From NCBI GenBank assembly GCA_005879775.1, contig VBJX01000001.1, positions 12,671-54,273 of the forward strand: a DNA stretch of 41,603 nucleotides, read 5' to 3'. Numbering within the stretch: position 1 is the stretch's first letter; each line of letters starts with the position of its first letter. The notes beneath the pieces were generated by a model. The model was not told where the DNA came from, did not search any database, and saw nothing but the letters and a program-made list of their open reading frames with translations. The stretch is from Chloroflexota bacterium. Its GTDB lineage: Bacteria > Chloroflexota > Limnocylindria > QHBO01. Made by a program: the position numbers and the translations under genes. Shown here piece by piece: positions 1-9,357 of the stretch.

Positions 1-540
1 CGTCGCAAGCGACTCGATCAGCGTCAGGTCGTGCGTCTGCCCGTGCTCCGGGAACAGCCGAAGACCGTCCCCAACCACCACGGGCACGACCCGCAGGTTG
101 AGCTCGTCGACAAGGTCGCGCTCGAGCAGCCAGCGGAGCAGCTTGCCGCTGCCATGAACCTGAAGCTCGCGCCCGGGCTTCGCCTTGAGCTCGCGCACCG
201 CCGCCTCGACGTCGCCGGAGATGACGTGGGTGTTCTGCCACGTTGGGTCCGTGAGCGTGGTCGAGGGCACGTACTTGGGCAGGACGTTGATGCCGTGGGA
301 GACCGGATCACCCGCGTCATGGTGCGGCCAATATGCGTCCCAGATCTCCCAGGTCCGGCGCCCGAGCAGCAGCGCATCCGCGCGCTCGAAGTAGGAGGTG
401 ACGAACTGCCAGGACTCCTCGTCGGCGTGCGACGCGGTCCAACCACCGCGGTCGAACCCGCCGCGCCGGTCCTCATCGGGGCCGCCCGGGCCCTGGTACA
501 CGCCGTCCACGCTCAGCATCATGGTTGCGGTCAGCTTCAT
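1..540 (-). CDS. Dihydrofolate reductase/RibD C-terminal domain family protein (3' end runs off the window)
   Basis: Absent from the ORF track because it has no stop in the window. Manual translation gives MKLTATMMLSVDGVYQGPGGPDEDRRGGFDRGGW...ADALLLGRRTWEIW...LPKYVPSTTL...ELQVHGSGKL...DLVDELNLRVVPVVVGDGLRLF, with typical RibD_C motifs. GGAG RBS upstream; alternative ATG at 546. Confidence 0.9.
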   Translation of the reverse strand, partial: MKLTATMMLSVDGVYQGPGGPDEDRRGGFDRGGWTASHADEESWQFVTSYFERADALLLGRRTWEIWDAYWPHHDAGDPVSHGINVLPKYVPSTTLTDPTWQNTHVISGDVEAAVRELKAKPGRELQVHGSGKLLRWLLERDLVDELNLRVVPVVVGDGLRLFPEHGQTHDLTLIESLAT

Positions 541-655
541 GGTCATCGCTCCGTGCAATTCATCGTCGATGGATAGACTACCGTTCGGACGGATCACCGC
601 CTTGACCTCGGACGGCCGGCATCGGTCAATCCCGACCTGGTGGGTAGGAGTTCCT

Positions 656-684
656 TTGACGGCGCCCAACCCTTCCAGTAGCCT
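656..684 (+). promoter_or_regulatory. Sigma70-type promoter of the FTR1 gene
   Basis: TTGACG (656-661), 17-nt spacer, TAGCCT (679-684). Confidence 0.65.
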
Positions 685-747
685 GAGCGGGCCCGTCGAG
701 CAGGCGCTTCGGCGGTGTCATCTGCCCCTTTTCGAGCGGAGACCGTC

Positions 748-1635
748 TTGGACTACGGCTTCTTCACGACCGGGCTGCTGACCGGCCTCCGCGAGGGGGT
801 GGAGGCAGCCCTCATCGTCAGCATCATCCTGGCCTACCTGGCCCGCACCGGGAACAGCCGGCACTTCGGCCGCATCTGGTCCGGCACCGCCGCAGCCGCG
901 GCGCTGAGCCTGGCGGTGGGCCTGCTCCTCTTCCTGACCATCGGCGAGCTGTCCGCTCCCGCCGAACAGATCTTCGAGGGGAGCGCCATGTTGCTGGCGG
1001 CCGCCGTGGTCACCTGGATGCTCTTCTGGATGCGGCGGACCTCGGCCAACATCCGCGGGGAACTGCACGCCGAGATCGACCGCGCCCTCAGCCACGGGAG
1101 CCTCTGGGGTCTGGCAGTGCTCGCCTTCGCGGCGGTGATCCGCGAGGGGATCGAGACCTCCCTCTTCCTGCTCGGTCAGGTGACCGCCGCCACCCGAGCC
1201 GATGCCGGAGCCTCCAGCACGCTGATCGGCGCACTCCTGGGGCTGCTGGTCGCAGCGCTGATCGGCTACGCCTTCTACCGCGGCGCGCGGGTCATCAACC
1301 TGCGGATCTTCTTCACCTGGACCGGCGTGGGGCTGGTCTTCATCGCGGCTGGGTTGGTGGCCAATGCCGCACATGAGCTGCTGGAAGCCGGGATCATCCC
1401 GATCGGGGCCGGGATCGCGTTCGACATCAGCGGGGTCCTGCCCCATTCCGAGCAGAGCGGCAACATCCTCGGACAGCTGCTGCGTGCCCTGTTCGGCTAC
1501 ACCAGCACGCCGGAATGGGGCGCATTGATCGCCTGGATCGTGTACCTGGGGACGGTCCTCACCCTCTACCTGCGCCCGATGCGGCCCGTCGCGGCAACGG
1601 GTCCGGCAACCGAGCACCGACCCGCCTCGACCTGA
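748..1635 (+). CDS. FTR1/EfeU family iron permease
   Basis: Two RExxE motifs (LREGVEA, IREGIET) and multiple TM helices. Probable TTG start at 748 after a GGAG RBS. Confidence 0.9.
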   Translation: MDYGFFTTGLLTGLREGVEAALIVSIILAYLARTGNSRHFGRIWSGTAAAAALSLAVGLLLFLTIGELSAPAEQIFEGSAMLLAAAVVTWMLFWMRRTSANIRGELHAEIDRALSHGSLWGLAVLAFAAVIREGIETSLFLLGQVTAATRADAGASSTLIGALLGLLVAALIGYAFYRGARVINLRIFFTWTGVGLVFIAAGLVANAAHELLEAGIIPIGAGIAFDISGVLPHSEQSGNILGQLLRALFGYTSTPEWGALIAWIVYLGTVLTLYLRPMRPVAATGPATEHRPAST

Positions 1636-1661
1636 CCGCCGCGGCGGTCTCGCCCCCCGGC

Positions 1662-2429
1662 TCAGCCCGCGGGCAGCTCGATGAACTCGAGCATCTGGCG
1701 CCAGGCATCGGTCGCAGCGTCCGCGTGGTCGCTCGCGTGCCGATCGAAGAACGAGTGCGGGGCGCCGCGGTAGATGACCGAGCGATGCTCGACCCCCGCC
1801 TCCTCGAGCGCTGCCTCGAAGGCGCCCACCGCCTCGGGCGGGATCCCCTGGTCGGCGCCTCCCCACAAGGCCAGCACGTCGGACTCGAAGCGATCGACCT
1901 CATCGATCGGCGCGGGGAGGCCGCCCCGTCCGACCCCCACCGGCGGCCCATAGAAGCCGATCACGCCTGCCAGCCCGAGCCCTCGCGTGGCCTGCAGGTA
2001 GCTGAGCCGTCCACCGAAGCAGAAGCCAACCGTGTAGACCCGTTCGGGCGCTCCACCGTCGGCGGTGCGCAGGTAGGCGACGCCGGCGGCCGCATCGGCG
2101 CACAGCGTTTCGTACGTCAGCTTGGCGAGGTGGGGCGCGTAGTCGAAGTCGGCTTCGCGCGGCTCAATCCCCGCCGTGCGGCCGAAATAGTCGATCGCCA
2201 GCGACTGCGCGCCAGCCTCGGCGAAGCGCAGGGCGAGCTCCTCGTAGAACGGATGCAGGCCCCGCACGTCGGGCAGGATGACGATCCCCGCGCCCCCTGC
2301 TTGCTGCGCCCGTGCGCCGTGTGCGTGGAACCGTGCTCCGTCCGCGGAGGTCAGGATCACGTCGCCCGAGTCGAGCGCCGCACCGCGGATTGGAGGGAAG
2401 GGTGGCCTGGCTTCCGCGTCGTAGCACAT
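1662..2429 (-). CDS. Dienelactone hydrolase family protein
   Basis: MCYD start, PDVRGL, nucleophile motif GFCFGG, and GAPHSFFD. Confidence 0.9.
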   Translation of the reverse strand: MCYDAEARPPFPPIRGAALDSGDVILTSADGARFHAHGARAQQAGGAGIVILPDVRGLHPFYEELALRFAEAGAQSLAIDYFGRTAGIEPREADFDYAPHLAKLTYETLCADAAAGVAYLRTADGGAPERVYTVGFCFGGRLSYLQATRGLGLAGVIGFYGPPVGVGRGGLPAPIDEVDRFESDVLALWGGADQGIPPEAVGAFEAALEEAGVEHRSVIYRGAPHSFFDRHASDHADAATDAWRQMLEFIELPAG

Positions 2430-2433
2430 CGGC

Positions 2434-3594
2434 CTAGGCCAGCCGCTGGACGGCGACGTAGGTGCCGGCCACGAGCAGGGCGGTGACCGCCAGGTAGGCG
2501 CTGGCGCGCAGGATCGGGGACATGCGCGTCGCCAGCAGCGAGCCGTCGGCCGCCCGCCACATGGCGCCCATGGTCGGCACGTTGGCCGGCGGCAGGAGCA
2601 GGCCGATGGCGGCACCAACCACCAATCCGCCGACGTGGCCGGTCCAGCTGATTCCCGGGAAGGTGAAGGTGATCACCAGGTTCAACACGAGTAGGAACCC
2701 GACCTGGGAGAGGATGGCGCGCGCCTGGGGTCCGAGCAACAGATGCCGGCGCCGGGACACGACGAAGGCGAGCCCGAAGAGCCCGAAGATCGCGCCCGAT
2801 GCGCCCGCTGCCGGCACGTCGGGCGCGGCCAGGATGGTCAGCACGCTGCCACCCAGCGCACAGAGCAGATAGGTGGCGAGGTACTCGATATGGCCGTACA
2901 TCTGCTCGACGATCGGGCCGAAGAGCCATAGGGCATACATGTTGAACAGGATGTGCAGCGCGCTGAGGTGCAGGAAGGCGCCGGTCAGGAGGCGCCACCA
3001 CTCGCCGTGGGCCACGGCGGGTCCGTAGACAGCGCCTGCTTCGAGGAGAGGTCCGCCCCCGCCGCCCAGCAGCGAAAAGCTTCCCCTGGCACCCAGCAGC
3101 GAATCGATGAGGAAGACCGCGACGTTGATCGCGACGATGCCCCAGGTCATGTACGCCGGGTAGGCTGCGTATGCACCGCGCGCGCGGTTGAACTGACGCC
3201 GCGAGGCGAAGTCGTGTCCGGTCTCCTTGAGCAGCCAGGCGATGCGGTTGGCGATCGCTCCCCGCTCAGTGGGAGGCGCTCGGCGATCGGCCTCCCGATA
3301 GGCCTCCACCGCCTCTTCGAGGTTGCCCTCGCGGACGTGCTGCTCGGCCACCGATTTCCAGCCGAGCCAGGCTGTCGAGCCGCCCGCATCGGCGGCGTGC
3401 TGCCAGGCATCGAGCGCCCCCGGCTCGTCGTCGAGCCGGTAGCGAGCAGCGCCGATCGCCTGCCAGGCGGACCCGGCGACCTCAGGGTCGCCTTCGGCGG
3501 TCAGCGGGGAGAGGGCAGCAATCGCCGCTTCGAGGTCACCGGAGTCGAGGAGTCGCTGCCCCTCGGCGAGGCGAAGCTGGGGTGTCTGGTCCAT
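2434..3594 (-). CDS. Rhomboid intramembrane serine protease with N-terminal TPR-like repeats
   Basis: EWWRLLTGAFLH, HILFNM, GASGAIFG (Ser) and GHVGG (His). The N-terminal ~140 aa are helical and TPR-like. CATAAT -10 at 3605-3610 favours the ATG at 3594. Confidence 0.9.
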   Translation of the reverse strand: MDQTPQLRLAEGQRLLDSGDLEAAIAALSPLTAEGDPEVAGSAWQAIGAARYRLDDEPGALDAWQHAADAGGSTAWLGWKSVAEQHVREGNLEEAVEAYREADRRAPPTERGAIANRIAWLLKETGHDFASRRQFNRARGAYAAYPAYMTWGIVAINVAVFLIDSLLGARGSFSLLGGGGGPLLEAGAVYGPAVAHGEWWRLLTGAFLHLSALHILFNMYALWLFGPIVEQMYGHIEYLATYLLCALGGSVLTILAAPDVPAAGASGAIFGLFGLAFVVSRRRHLLLGPQARAILSQVGFLLVLNLVITFTFPGISWTGHVGGLVVGAAIGLLLPPANVPTMGAMWRAADGSLLATRMSPILRASAYLAVTALLVAGTYVAVQRLA

Positions 3595-3622
3595 GGGTCG
3601 GCGCATTATGGCCCCAGATACG

Positions 3623-3660
3623 AAACGACCGCCGAGAACTTGGCACCTCGGCGGTCGTTT
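3623..3660. terminator. Intrinsic terminator-like hairpin (possibly bidirectional)
   Basis: Perfect 14-bp inverted repeat AAACGACCGCCGAG/CTCGGCGGTCGTTT downstream of the HTH gene. A second 10-bp hairpin lies at 3684-3708. Confidence 0.65.
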
Positions 3661-3725
3661 GCGCCCCCTGGCGGGGAACGGGGCTGTCCCGGCCGTAAGC
3701 CGGGACAGGCATCAATCGGGTCTGA

Positions 3726-3911
3726 CTATTTGTCGCGGCGCAGGAAGTCGAGCACGTCGTCGTAGCGGAAGCGGCGGTCGCCGCGCTTGCAGACCCGATA
3801 GAACGGGATCTCGCCGCGGTCTCCCAGGCGCTTCACGGTGTTGACGTGCAGGTGGAGCAAGTCGGCGACCTCGGTCGCCGTCAGCAGCTTCCCGACCTCG
3901 TTGCTGATCAT
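3726..3911 (-). CDS. Small MerR-like/excisionase-family HTH (HTH_17) protein, BldC-like
   Basis: 61 aa, LLTATEVADLLHLHVNTVKRLGDRGEIPFYRV..RGDRRFRYDDV, matching the BldC/Xis-type pattern. GAGGG RBS; TACTAT -10 at 4001-4006. Confidence 0.85.
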   Translation of the reverse strand: MISNEVGKLLTATEVADLLHLHVNTVKRLGDRGEIPFYRVCKRGDRRFRYDDVLDFLRRDK

Positions 3912-4092
3912 CGGTAAATCGGTTCCCTCACACCCTACGCCGGAGTGCTGTCTGTCCACGCGGGCACCGATTGGGTGCAGACCGCGCGGCTTCTGGCCGG
4001 ATAGTAGGGTTGAGGTGCGTTCCCGAGCCCCGGTACTTTCGGTCGCGGCCCGGGGTACATTCCGCGAAGGCGGAGGCCGGAGGTCGCTCGCC

Positions 4093-4896
4093 TCAGCGCG
4101 TGACGCCCGCGGTCTCGCCGCCGCTGATTCGCTGCGCGAGGTAGACCGGCACCACCGAGAGCAGAATCAAGACGGTGGCCACGACGTTGACCACCGGCAG
4201 CGCATTCGGGCGCTGGATGGCGGAGAGGACCCAGAGCGGCACGGTGTCGACGCCGGCACCGGCGGTGAAGTTGGTGACGATCACCTCGTCGAAGGAGAGG
4301 GCGAAGGCCAGGAGCGCCCCCGACAGGAGTGCCGTTCGGAGCGACGGCAAGAAGACGTGGCGGAAGGTCTGCCAGGTGTCCGCCCCCAGATCCATCGAGG
4401 CCTCTTCGAGGGAGCGAGCGGTGCGGCGCAGGCGCGCCAGCACGTTGTTGTAGGCGATCACCACGCAGAAGGTGGCGTGGCCCACGATGATGGTCGGAAG
4501 ACCGAAGTCGATCCCCAGCGTCTGGAAGGTCGCGCTCAGCGCCACGCCGGTCACCACCCCCGGCAAGGCGATCGGCAGGATCACCAGGAAGGTGACCGCC
4601 TCGCGCCCGAAGAAGGCAAAGCGCTGCACCGCCAGCGCGGCCATGCTGCCCAGTACGAGCGCAATCGCGGTCGCTCCGCTGGCCGCGATGATCGAGTTGA
4701 GGAAGGCCTGGCGCACCGATCCGTCGGCTGCCGCCCTCGCGAACCACTCGAGCGAGACGCCGGCAATCGGCCACGCCTGCACCCGGCTGGCGTTGAAGGC
4801 GTAGACCACGATCACCAGCAGCGGCACATAGATGAAGAGCAGCACCACTGCGGTCGCCAGTCGAAGGCCGATGCGCACGAGGCGCGAATCCTCCAT
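4093..4896 (-). CDS. potC: Polyamine ABC transporter permease (PotC-like)
   Basis: EAA motif LEEASMDLGA and FALSFDE; operon context. Confidence 0.88.
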   Translation of the reverse strand: MEDSRLVRIGLRLATAVVLLFIYVPLLVIVVYAFNASRVQAWPIAGVSLEWFARAAADGSVRQAFLNSIIAASGATAIALVLGSMAALAVQRFAFFGREAVTFLVILPIALPGVVTGVALSATFQTLGIDFGLPTIIVGHATFCVVIAYNNVLARLRRTARSLEEASMDLGADTWQTFRHVFLPSLRTALLSGALLAFALSFDEVIVTNFTAGAGVDTVPLWVLSAIQRPNALPVVNVVATVLILLSVVPVYLAQRISGGETAGVTR

Positions 4897-4898
4897 GG

Positions 4899-5789
4899 CT
4901 AGAGCGATTCGAAGGCGCCGAGGCGCCGGGCGACGAGGAGATAGGCAACGATGACCACCACTGGAATCGACGCAATCGCGGCTGCGAGCGGCAGGTTCGG
5001 GACGCCGAGGGCGTCGTAGATGGCGTTACCGAGCAGCTTCGTGTTCGAGACCAGCTGCGGCGTGATGTAGTCCCCCAAGGTCAGGCTGAAGGTGAAGATC
5101 GAACCGGCAACCACCGCCGGCAGGACGAGCGGCAGCACCACCCGACGGAACGTGAAGCCGGCGCGCGCACCAAGGTCGGACGATGCTTCCAGCAGGCTGC
5201 CCGGGATCCTTTCGAGCCCGGCGTAGATCGGCAGCACCATGTACGGCAGCCACAGGTAGGTGAAGACGAGCCAGATCGCCACCTCGCCGGTTCCGGGACC
5301 GTGGAGCCCGAAGGGCGCCAGCGCCCAGTTGATGACCCCGTGGCCGAGCAGCATCGTCCGCCAGGCGTAGACCTTCACCAGGTAGCTGGCCCACAGAGGC
5401 ATCAGGACCGCCACCACCAGCAGGCCGCGCACCCGTCGCGACGCGATGCGGGCCATGTAGTAGGCGATCGGGAATGCCAGCGCGATGCAGGTCGCCGTGA
5501 CCAGTACCGCCATTCCGACCGTGCGCAGCGCCAGCGTGCGATAGACGGCGGTGCTGAAGAGGGTGACGAAGTTGTCCAGGGTCGGCTCGAAGACGACCTT
5601 GCCGGTGAACGAGTCGAGGCGCCAGAACGCGTTGGCGAAGAGGACCGCCAGCGATCCGACGTAGGCGACCACCACCCACGCCAGTGGAGCGGCCAGGAGC
5701 AGACGCAGCTGCAGCCGCGGATGCCGGTAGAGGAAAGCGGCCAGACGGCGTCGAACGCCGGGAGGCCGAGCGAAGGCTGCCGAGGTCAT
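4899..5789 (-). CDS. potB: Polyamine ABC transporter permease (PotB-like)
   Basis: LLEASSDLGA, YLWLPYMVLPIY and LGDYITP; alternative GTG start at 5807. Confidence 0.88.
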   Translation of the reverse strand: MTSAAFARPPGVRRRLAAFLYRHPRLQLRLLLAAPLAWVVVAYVGSLAVLFANAFWRLDSFTGKVVFEPTLDNFVTLFSTAVYRTLALRTVGMAVLVTATCIALAFPIAYYMARIASRRVRGLLVVAVLMPLWASYLVKVYAWRTMLLGHGVINWALAPFGLHGPGTGEVAIWLVFTYLWLPYMVLPIYAGLERIPGSLLEASSDLGARAGFTFRRVVLPLVLPAVVAGSIFTFSLTLGDYITPQLVSNTKLLGNAIYDALGVPNLPLAAAIASIPVVVIVAYLLVARRLGAFESL

Positions 5790-5870
5790 CGACTCACTCG
5801 ACCCCACGAGATGACGCCCGGAGTCGCATGGGGGCCCCCGGGCGCCCCATCCTGAACCGATCAGCCCTGG

Positions 5871-7031
5871 CTAGGAGCCGGTGATGTCGGTCCAGGCGTT
5901 GGTCCAATCGGTGAAGTCCTTGCAGACCGCACCGCGATCGTCGCCGCACTCCTTCTGCGGCGTGTTCCAGTAGGCGATCTTCGAGAAGTACGCCTCGTCC
6001 GTGGCGTGGAACGTGTCGCAGTGGCCGGGCGAGAGCTTCTCCGCCTCGTCACACGCCGCCTTGCTGACGGGAGCCTCCCCGAACCAGACGGTGGCCATCG
6101 CGTTCGCCTTGGGCGAGATGATCCAGTCCATCCACTTGTACATGCAGTTCGGATGCTTGGCGTGCGCGCTGATCATCCAGGTGTCGGACCAACCGGTCGA
6201 GCCCTCGTCGGGAAGGGTGGCCGCAACCGGCGCATCGGTAAGCTGGTTGACCTGGTACTGCCAGGTGGTGCCTGCGAGCATGTCGCCGGCGCTAAAGCTC
6301 TCGATCTGCTGAGTGGCGGTGGACCAGTACTCGCCGATGATCTTGTTCTGCTGCTTGAGCAGGTCGACGGCGGCGTTGAACTGATCCTCGTCGAGCTCGT
6401 ATGGGTTCTTGATCCCCAGGTCGGCCTTGTGCTTCGACAGGTAGAGCGCCGCGTCGGCGATGTAGATCGCCGAGTTGTAGATGCTGATCTTGCCCGCGGC
6501 CGGCGAGTTGCTGTCCCATACCACGGACCAGCTGGTCGGGGCGGTGGTGAAGGTATCGGTGTTGTAGATCAGCAGGTTGGCGCCGCGGCCGTGCGGCACC
6601 CCGTACGGGACCCCGTTGACGGTGTTATGCGGCTGGCCCTTGAGGCCGGCAAAGACGTTGGCGTAGTTCGGGATCAGGTCCGTGTTGACCGGCGCGACGT
6701 CACCGCCGGCAATCAGGCGCAGGGTCGCGTCGCCGGAGGCAGAGACCCCGTCGTAGTTGCCGGTATGCATGAGTTGCACCATGTTCGCTGAGTCGGTCCC
6801 GTCCTGGGTCTTGACCTGGCAGCCGGTCGCGTCCTGGAAGGGGGTGACCCAGTCGTACGCAGGGTCATTCGATCCGTTCTCGGCGTATCCGGTCCAGATG
6901 ACCAGGTCGACTTCCCCCTCACCGGGTCCGACCGACGCCTGCATGCCGCTGGGCGCGCTGCTCGCCGAGCTGCAGGCGGCAACGAGCATGGCGGTGGTCG
7001 CCACCGTGGCCAGGATCCTCAGGTTCGTCAT
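5871..7031 (-). CDS. Polyamine ABC transporter substrate-binding lipoprotein (PotD/YdcS-like)
   Basis: Lipobox [29 protein letters not shown] and [11 protein letters not shown]. Confidence 0.9.
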   Translation of the reverse strand: MTNLRILATVATTAMLVAACSSASSAPSGMQASVGPGEGEVDLVIWTGYAENGSNDPAYDWVTPFQDATGCQVKTQDGTDSANMVQLMHTGNYDGVSASGDATLRLIAGGDVAPVNTDLIPNYANVFAGLKGQPHNTVNGVPYGVPHGRGANLLIYNTDTFTTAPTSWSVVWDSNSPAAGKISIYNSAIYIADAALYLSKHKADLGIKNPYELDEDQFNAAVDLLKQQNKIIGEYWSTATQQIESFSAGDMLAGTTWQYQVNQLTDAPVAATLPDEGSTGWSDTWMISAHAKHPNCMYKWMDWIISPKANAMATVWFGEAPVSKAACDEAEKLSPGHCDTFHATDEAYFSKIAYWNTPQKECGDDRGAVCKDFTDWTNAWTDITGS

Positions 7032-8140
7032 GCGCTCTCCGCTCCCTCTCCATCCCCCGTCGGTCCCGAGCTCCCGCCCAGGGTCAACACGTGCTGCCGC
7101 TTCCAGACCAGGCGAACCGGTCTGTCCTGAGCGGCGAGTGCCTCCATTGACGACGTCTCGAGGTTCTGCTGGGTCACGACCAGCGCGCCACCGACGTCGA
7201 GCTCCACGATGTAGCGCGTATCCGAGCCAAGGTACACCACTTCTCGCACGTGACCGAGCGCCGACTGCTCGTCAGGCGCCGGTTCCGCATCGGGGCTCGC
7301 GAGGCGGATCTTCTCGGGCCGAACGGTGTAGATCCCATCTGAGCCGATCACCGCGCGCGCCGTCTCTCCCCGGAGCAGGTTCGAGGTGCCGACGAAGCCG
7401 GCCACGAAGGTCGTCGCCGGTCGCTCATAGACGTCTGCGGGGGAGCCGACCTGCTCGATCTGGCCGCGATTGAAGACGGCCAGCCGATCGCTCATGGTGA
7501 GCGCCTCCTCCTGGTCGTGGGTGACGTAGATGAAGGTGATCCCCACCTGCTGCTGGATCGCCTTGAGCTCGATCTGCATCTCCTCGCGCAGCTTCAGGTC
7601 AAGGGCGCCCAGCGGCTCGTCCAGGAGGAGGATCCGCGGGCGGTTGATCAGCGCGCGCGCCAGCGCCACGCGTTGCCGCTGGCCTCCCGAGAGCTGGCCG
7701 GGCCGCCTCCCCTGGTAGCCCTCCAGGCGAACCATGCGCAGCGCCTCGGTCAGGCGTTCCTCGCGCTCGAGGCGCGGCACGCGACGAACCATCAGGCCAT
7801 ACGCCACGTTCTCCCCGACCGTCATGTGCGGGAAGAGGGCGTAGTCCTGAAAGACGGTGTTCACATCCCGATCGAAGGGCGGCACCCCGGTCACGTCGCG
7901 ACCGTAGAGCAGGATCTGCCCGCTGCTGGGTGTCTCGAAGCCGGCGATCATGCGGAGGGTGGTGGTCTTCCCCGAGCCCGATGGCCCGAGCATCGAGAAG
8001 AACTCTCCGTCGCGGATCTCCAGGTCGATGCCGGCGACTGCGTCCACGTCGCCGAAGCGCTTGGTGAGCTGCTCGAGTCGGACGGCGGCCACGTTGGCCT
8101 GCGTCATTCCAGGGGCTGCGGTCATCGGGTCGGCGGCCAC
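7028..8140 (-). CDS. potA: Polyamine ABC transporter ATP-binding protein (PotA-like)
   Basis: Walker [28 protein letters not shown] and a C-terminal TOBE region. GTG start after GAGGGAG (alternative ATG at 8125); TTGACA -35 at 8239-8244. Confidence 0.9.
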   Translation of the reverse strand: MAADPMTAAPGMTQANVAAVRLEQLTKRFGDVDAVAGIDLEIRDGEFFSMLGPSGSGKTTTLRMIAGFETPSSGQILLYGRDVTGVPPFDRDVNTVFQDYALFPHMTVGENVAYGLMVRRVPRLEREERLTEALRMVRLEGYQGRRPGQLSGGQRQRVALARALINRPRILLLDEPLGALDLKLREEMQIELKAIQQQVGITFIYVTHDQEEALTMSDRLAVFNRGQIEQVGSPADVYERPATTFVAGFVGTSNLLRGETARAVIGSDGIYTVRPEKIRLASPDAEPAPDEQSALGHVREVVYLGSDTRYIVELDVGGALVVTQQNLETSSMEALAAQDRPVRLVWKRQHVLTLGGSSGPTGDGEGAESA

Positions 8141-8261
8141 GTGCTCCCTCGGGTAGGCTGCCGGGGACCTGCCGGCAGTAGAGCCCGGCCCCCAGACGGT
8201 GGCCGGATTGGCGGCACTCTGCGATCGGGCCGTCCGCCTGTCAAGCCATTTCGGAGGTGTC

Positions 8262-9101
8262 GTGCTCGGAGTCGGGGTGGGGTTCGGCGTCGCGGCGGCA
8301 CTCGCCTGGGGGATGGGCGATTTCGCCGGTGGGCTGGCCGCGAAACGGATCGGCGCCATGGCGGTGGCTGCGGGTTCCCAGCTCGCCGGACTCGCACTCC
8401 TGGGCCTCCTCGTCGTTGCGCTCCACCCCGAGGCGCCGAGCGCCGCGACGGTCCTCCTCGGCGCCGCGGGTGGCGTCTGCGGCGGCCTGGGACTGGCGGC
8501 CCTCTACCGGGCGCTGGCGATCGGCAACATGGGGATCGTCTCGGCCCTCTCCGGTGTGGGTTCGGCGGCGATTCCGCTGGCCGTTGGTGTCGGGCTGCAG
8601 GGCGACGTTCTCGGGCCGTTCCAGGTTCTCGGCATCGGCTGCGCGCTCGTCGCGGTCGCAGCTGCCAGCGGCGCAACCACCCGCGGCCTGGGGCGCGAAT
8701 CCCTGCTCCTGGCTGGCCTTGCGGCACTCGGCTTCGGCCTCTGGTTCGTGCTGCTCGACCTCGCCTCCGAACAGAACAGGCTCTGGGCGCTGGTCGCCAG
8801 CCGTGGCACGGCTGCCACGCTCATCGGCATCGTGGCGCTGCCGCGCATCGGACGTGTCGCACTGCGCACCAATGCAGGCCTGATCGTCACGGCCGGGGTT
8901 GCCGACGTGAGCGCCAACGGCCTGGTCGTGCTGGCCTTCGCGCTCATACCGGTCGGCGTGGTGGCCTCGGTCGCCGGCCTCTACCCGCTGGCCACCATGC
9001 TCATGGCCCGAGTCGTGCTGCACGAGGCGGTCCCACGCCTCGGGATGGTGGCCATCGTCGTCGCCATCGCCGGCATCGTGCTCATCTCCGTCGGAGGCTG
9101 A
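8262..9101 (+). CDS. EamA/DMT family transporter
   Basis: About 10 hydrophobic helices, WGMGDFAGG and LYPLAT; GGAGG RBS before the GTG at 8262. Confidence 0.85.
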   Translation: MLGVGVGFGVAAALAWGMGDFAGGLAAKRIGAMAVAAGSQLAGLALLGLLVVALHPEAPSAATVLLGAAGGVCGGLGLAALYRALAIGNMGIVSALSGVGSAAIPLAVGVGLQGDVLGPFQVLGIGCALVAVAAASGATTRGLGRESLLLAGLAALGFGLWFVLLDLASEQNRLWALVASRGTAATLIGIVALPRIGRVALRTNAGLIVTAGVADVSANGLVVLAFALIPVGVVASVAGLYPLATMLMARVVLHEAVPRLGMVAIVVAIAGIVLISVGG

Positions 9102-9137
9102 ACCGGGCGGCGGATCCCATCCGCCTCCGCGCCAGGC

Positions 9138-9194
9138 TCAGTTCGGCCAGCTGCCGCCGGTCGAGGCCAGGCGAAGTCCAGGACGAACTGCCAT
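9138..9194 (-). CDS. Candidate 18-aa small peptide MAVRPGLRLASTGGSWPN
   Basis: AGGAG RBS (9203-9207) 8 nt before the ATG; followed by hairpin GGCGGAT/ATCCGCC at 9109-9125. Confidence 0.35.
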   Translation of the reverse strand: MAVRPGLRLASTGGSWPN

Positions 9195-9272
9195 CGGTCG
9201 GGCTCCTGCTGCGCTTGCTCGCCACCTGGTGGTCCCACGGGCGAGAGAGGGGCAGAGGAGACACCGGGCGGC

Positions 9273-9299
9273 CTTACCCGCCGCTTACCGTTCGCTTAT
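9273..9299. promoter_or_regulatory. Three direct repeats with 11-bp period; probable transcription-factor site
   Basis: CTTAC at 9273, CTTAC at 9284 and CTTAT at 9295, just upstream of TATGAT -10 (9308-9313). Confidence 0.5.
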
Positions 9300-9357
9300 T
9301 CGGGCGCTATGATGGCCGGACCCCCACCGCCGTCCGCCAGTCGAGAGCCTGATCCGC

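Noticed and set aside
660..746. yybP-ykoY or NiCo riboswitch upstream of FTR1
   Set aside because: Only fragments match (AGTAGC, GAGCAGGC, GAGACC); the P1 pairing and remaining consensus are missing
3726..3911. Prophage or ICE excisionase
   Set aside because: No integrase or other mobile genes nearby; flanked by housekeeping-type genes
4000..4060. GTAGGG...CCCGAGCCC resemblance to the c-di-AMP (ydaO) riboswitch
   Set aside because: The conserved GUCAGCUAAC and 5' GAAUC elements are missing, and there is no downstream gene on that strand
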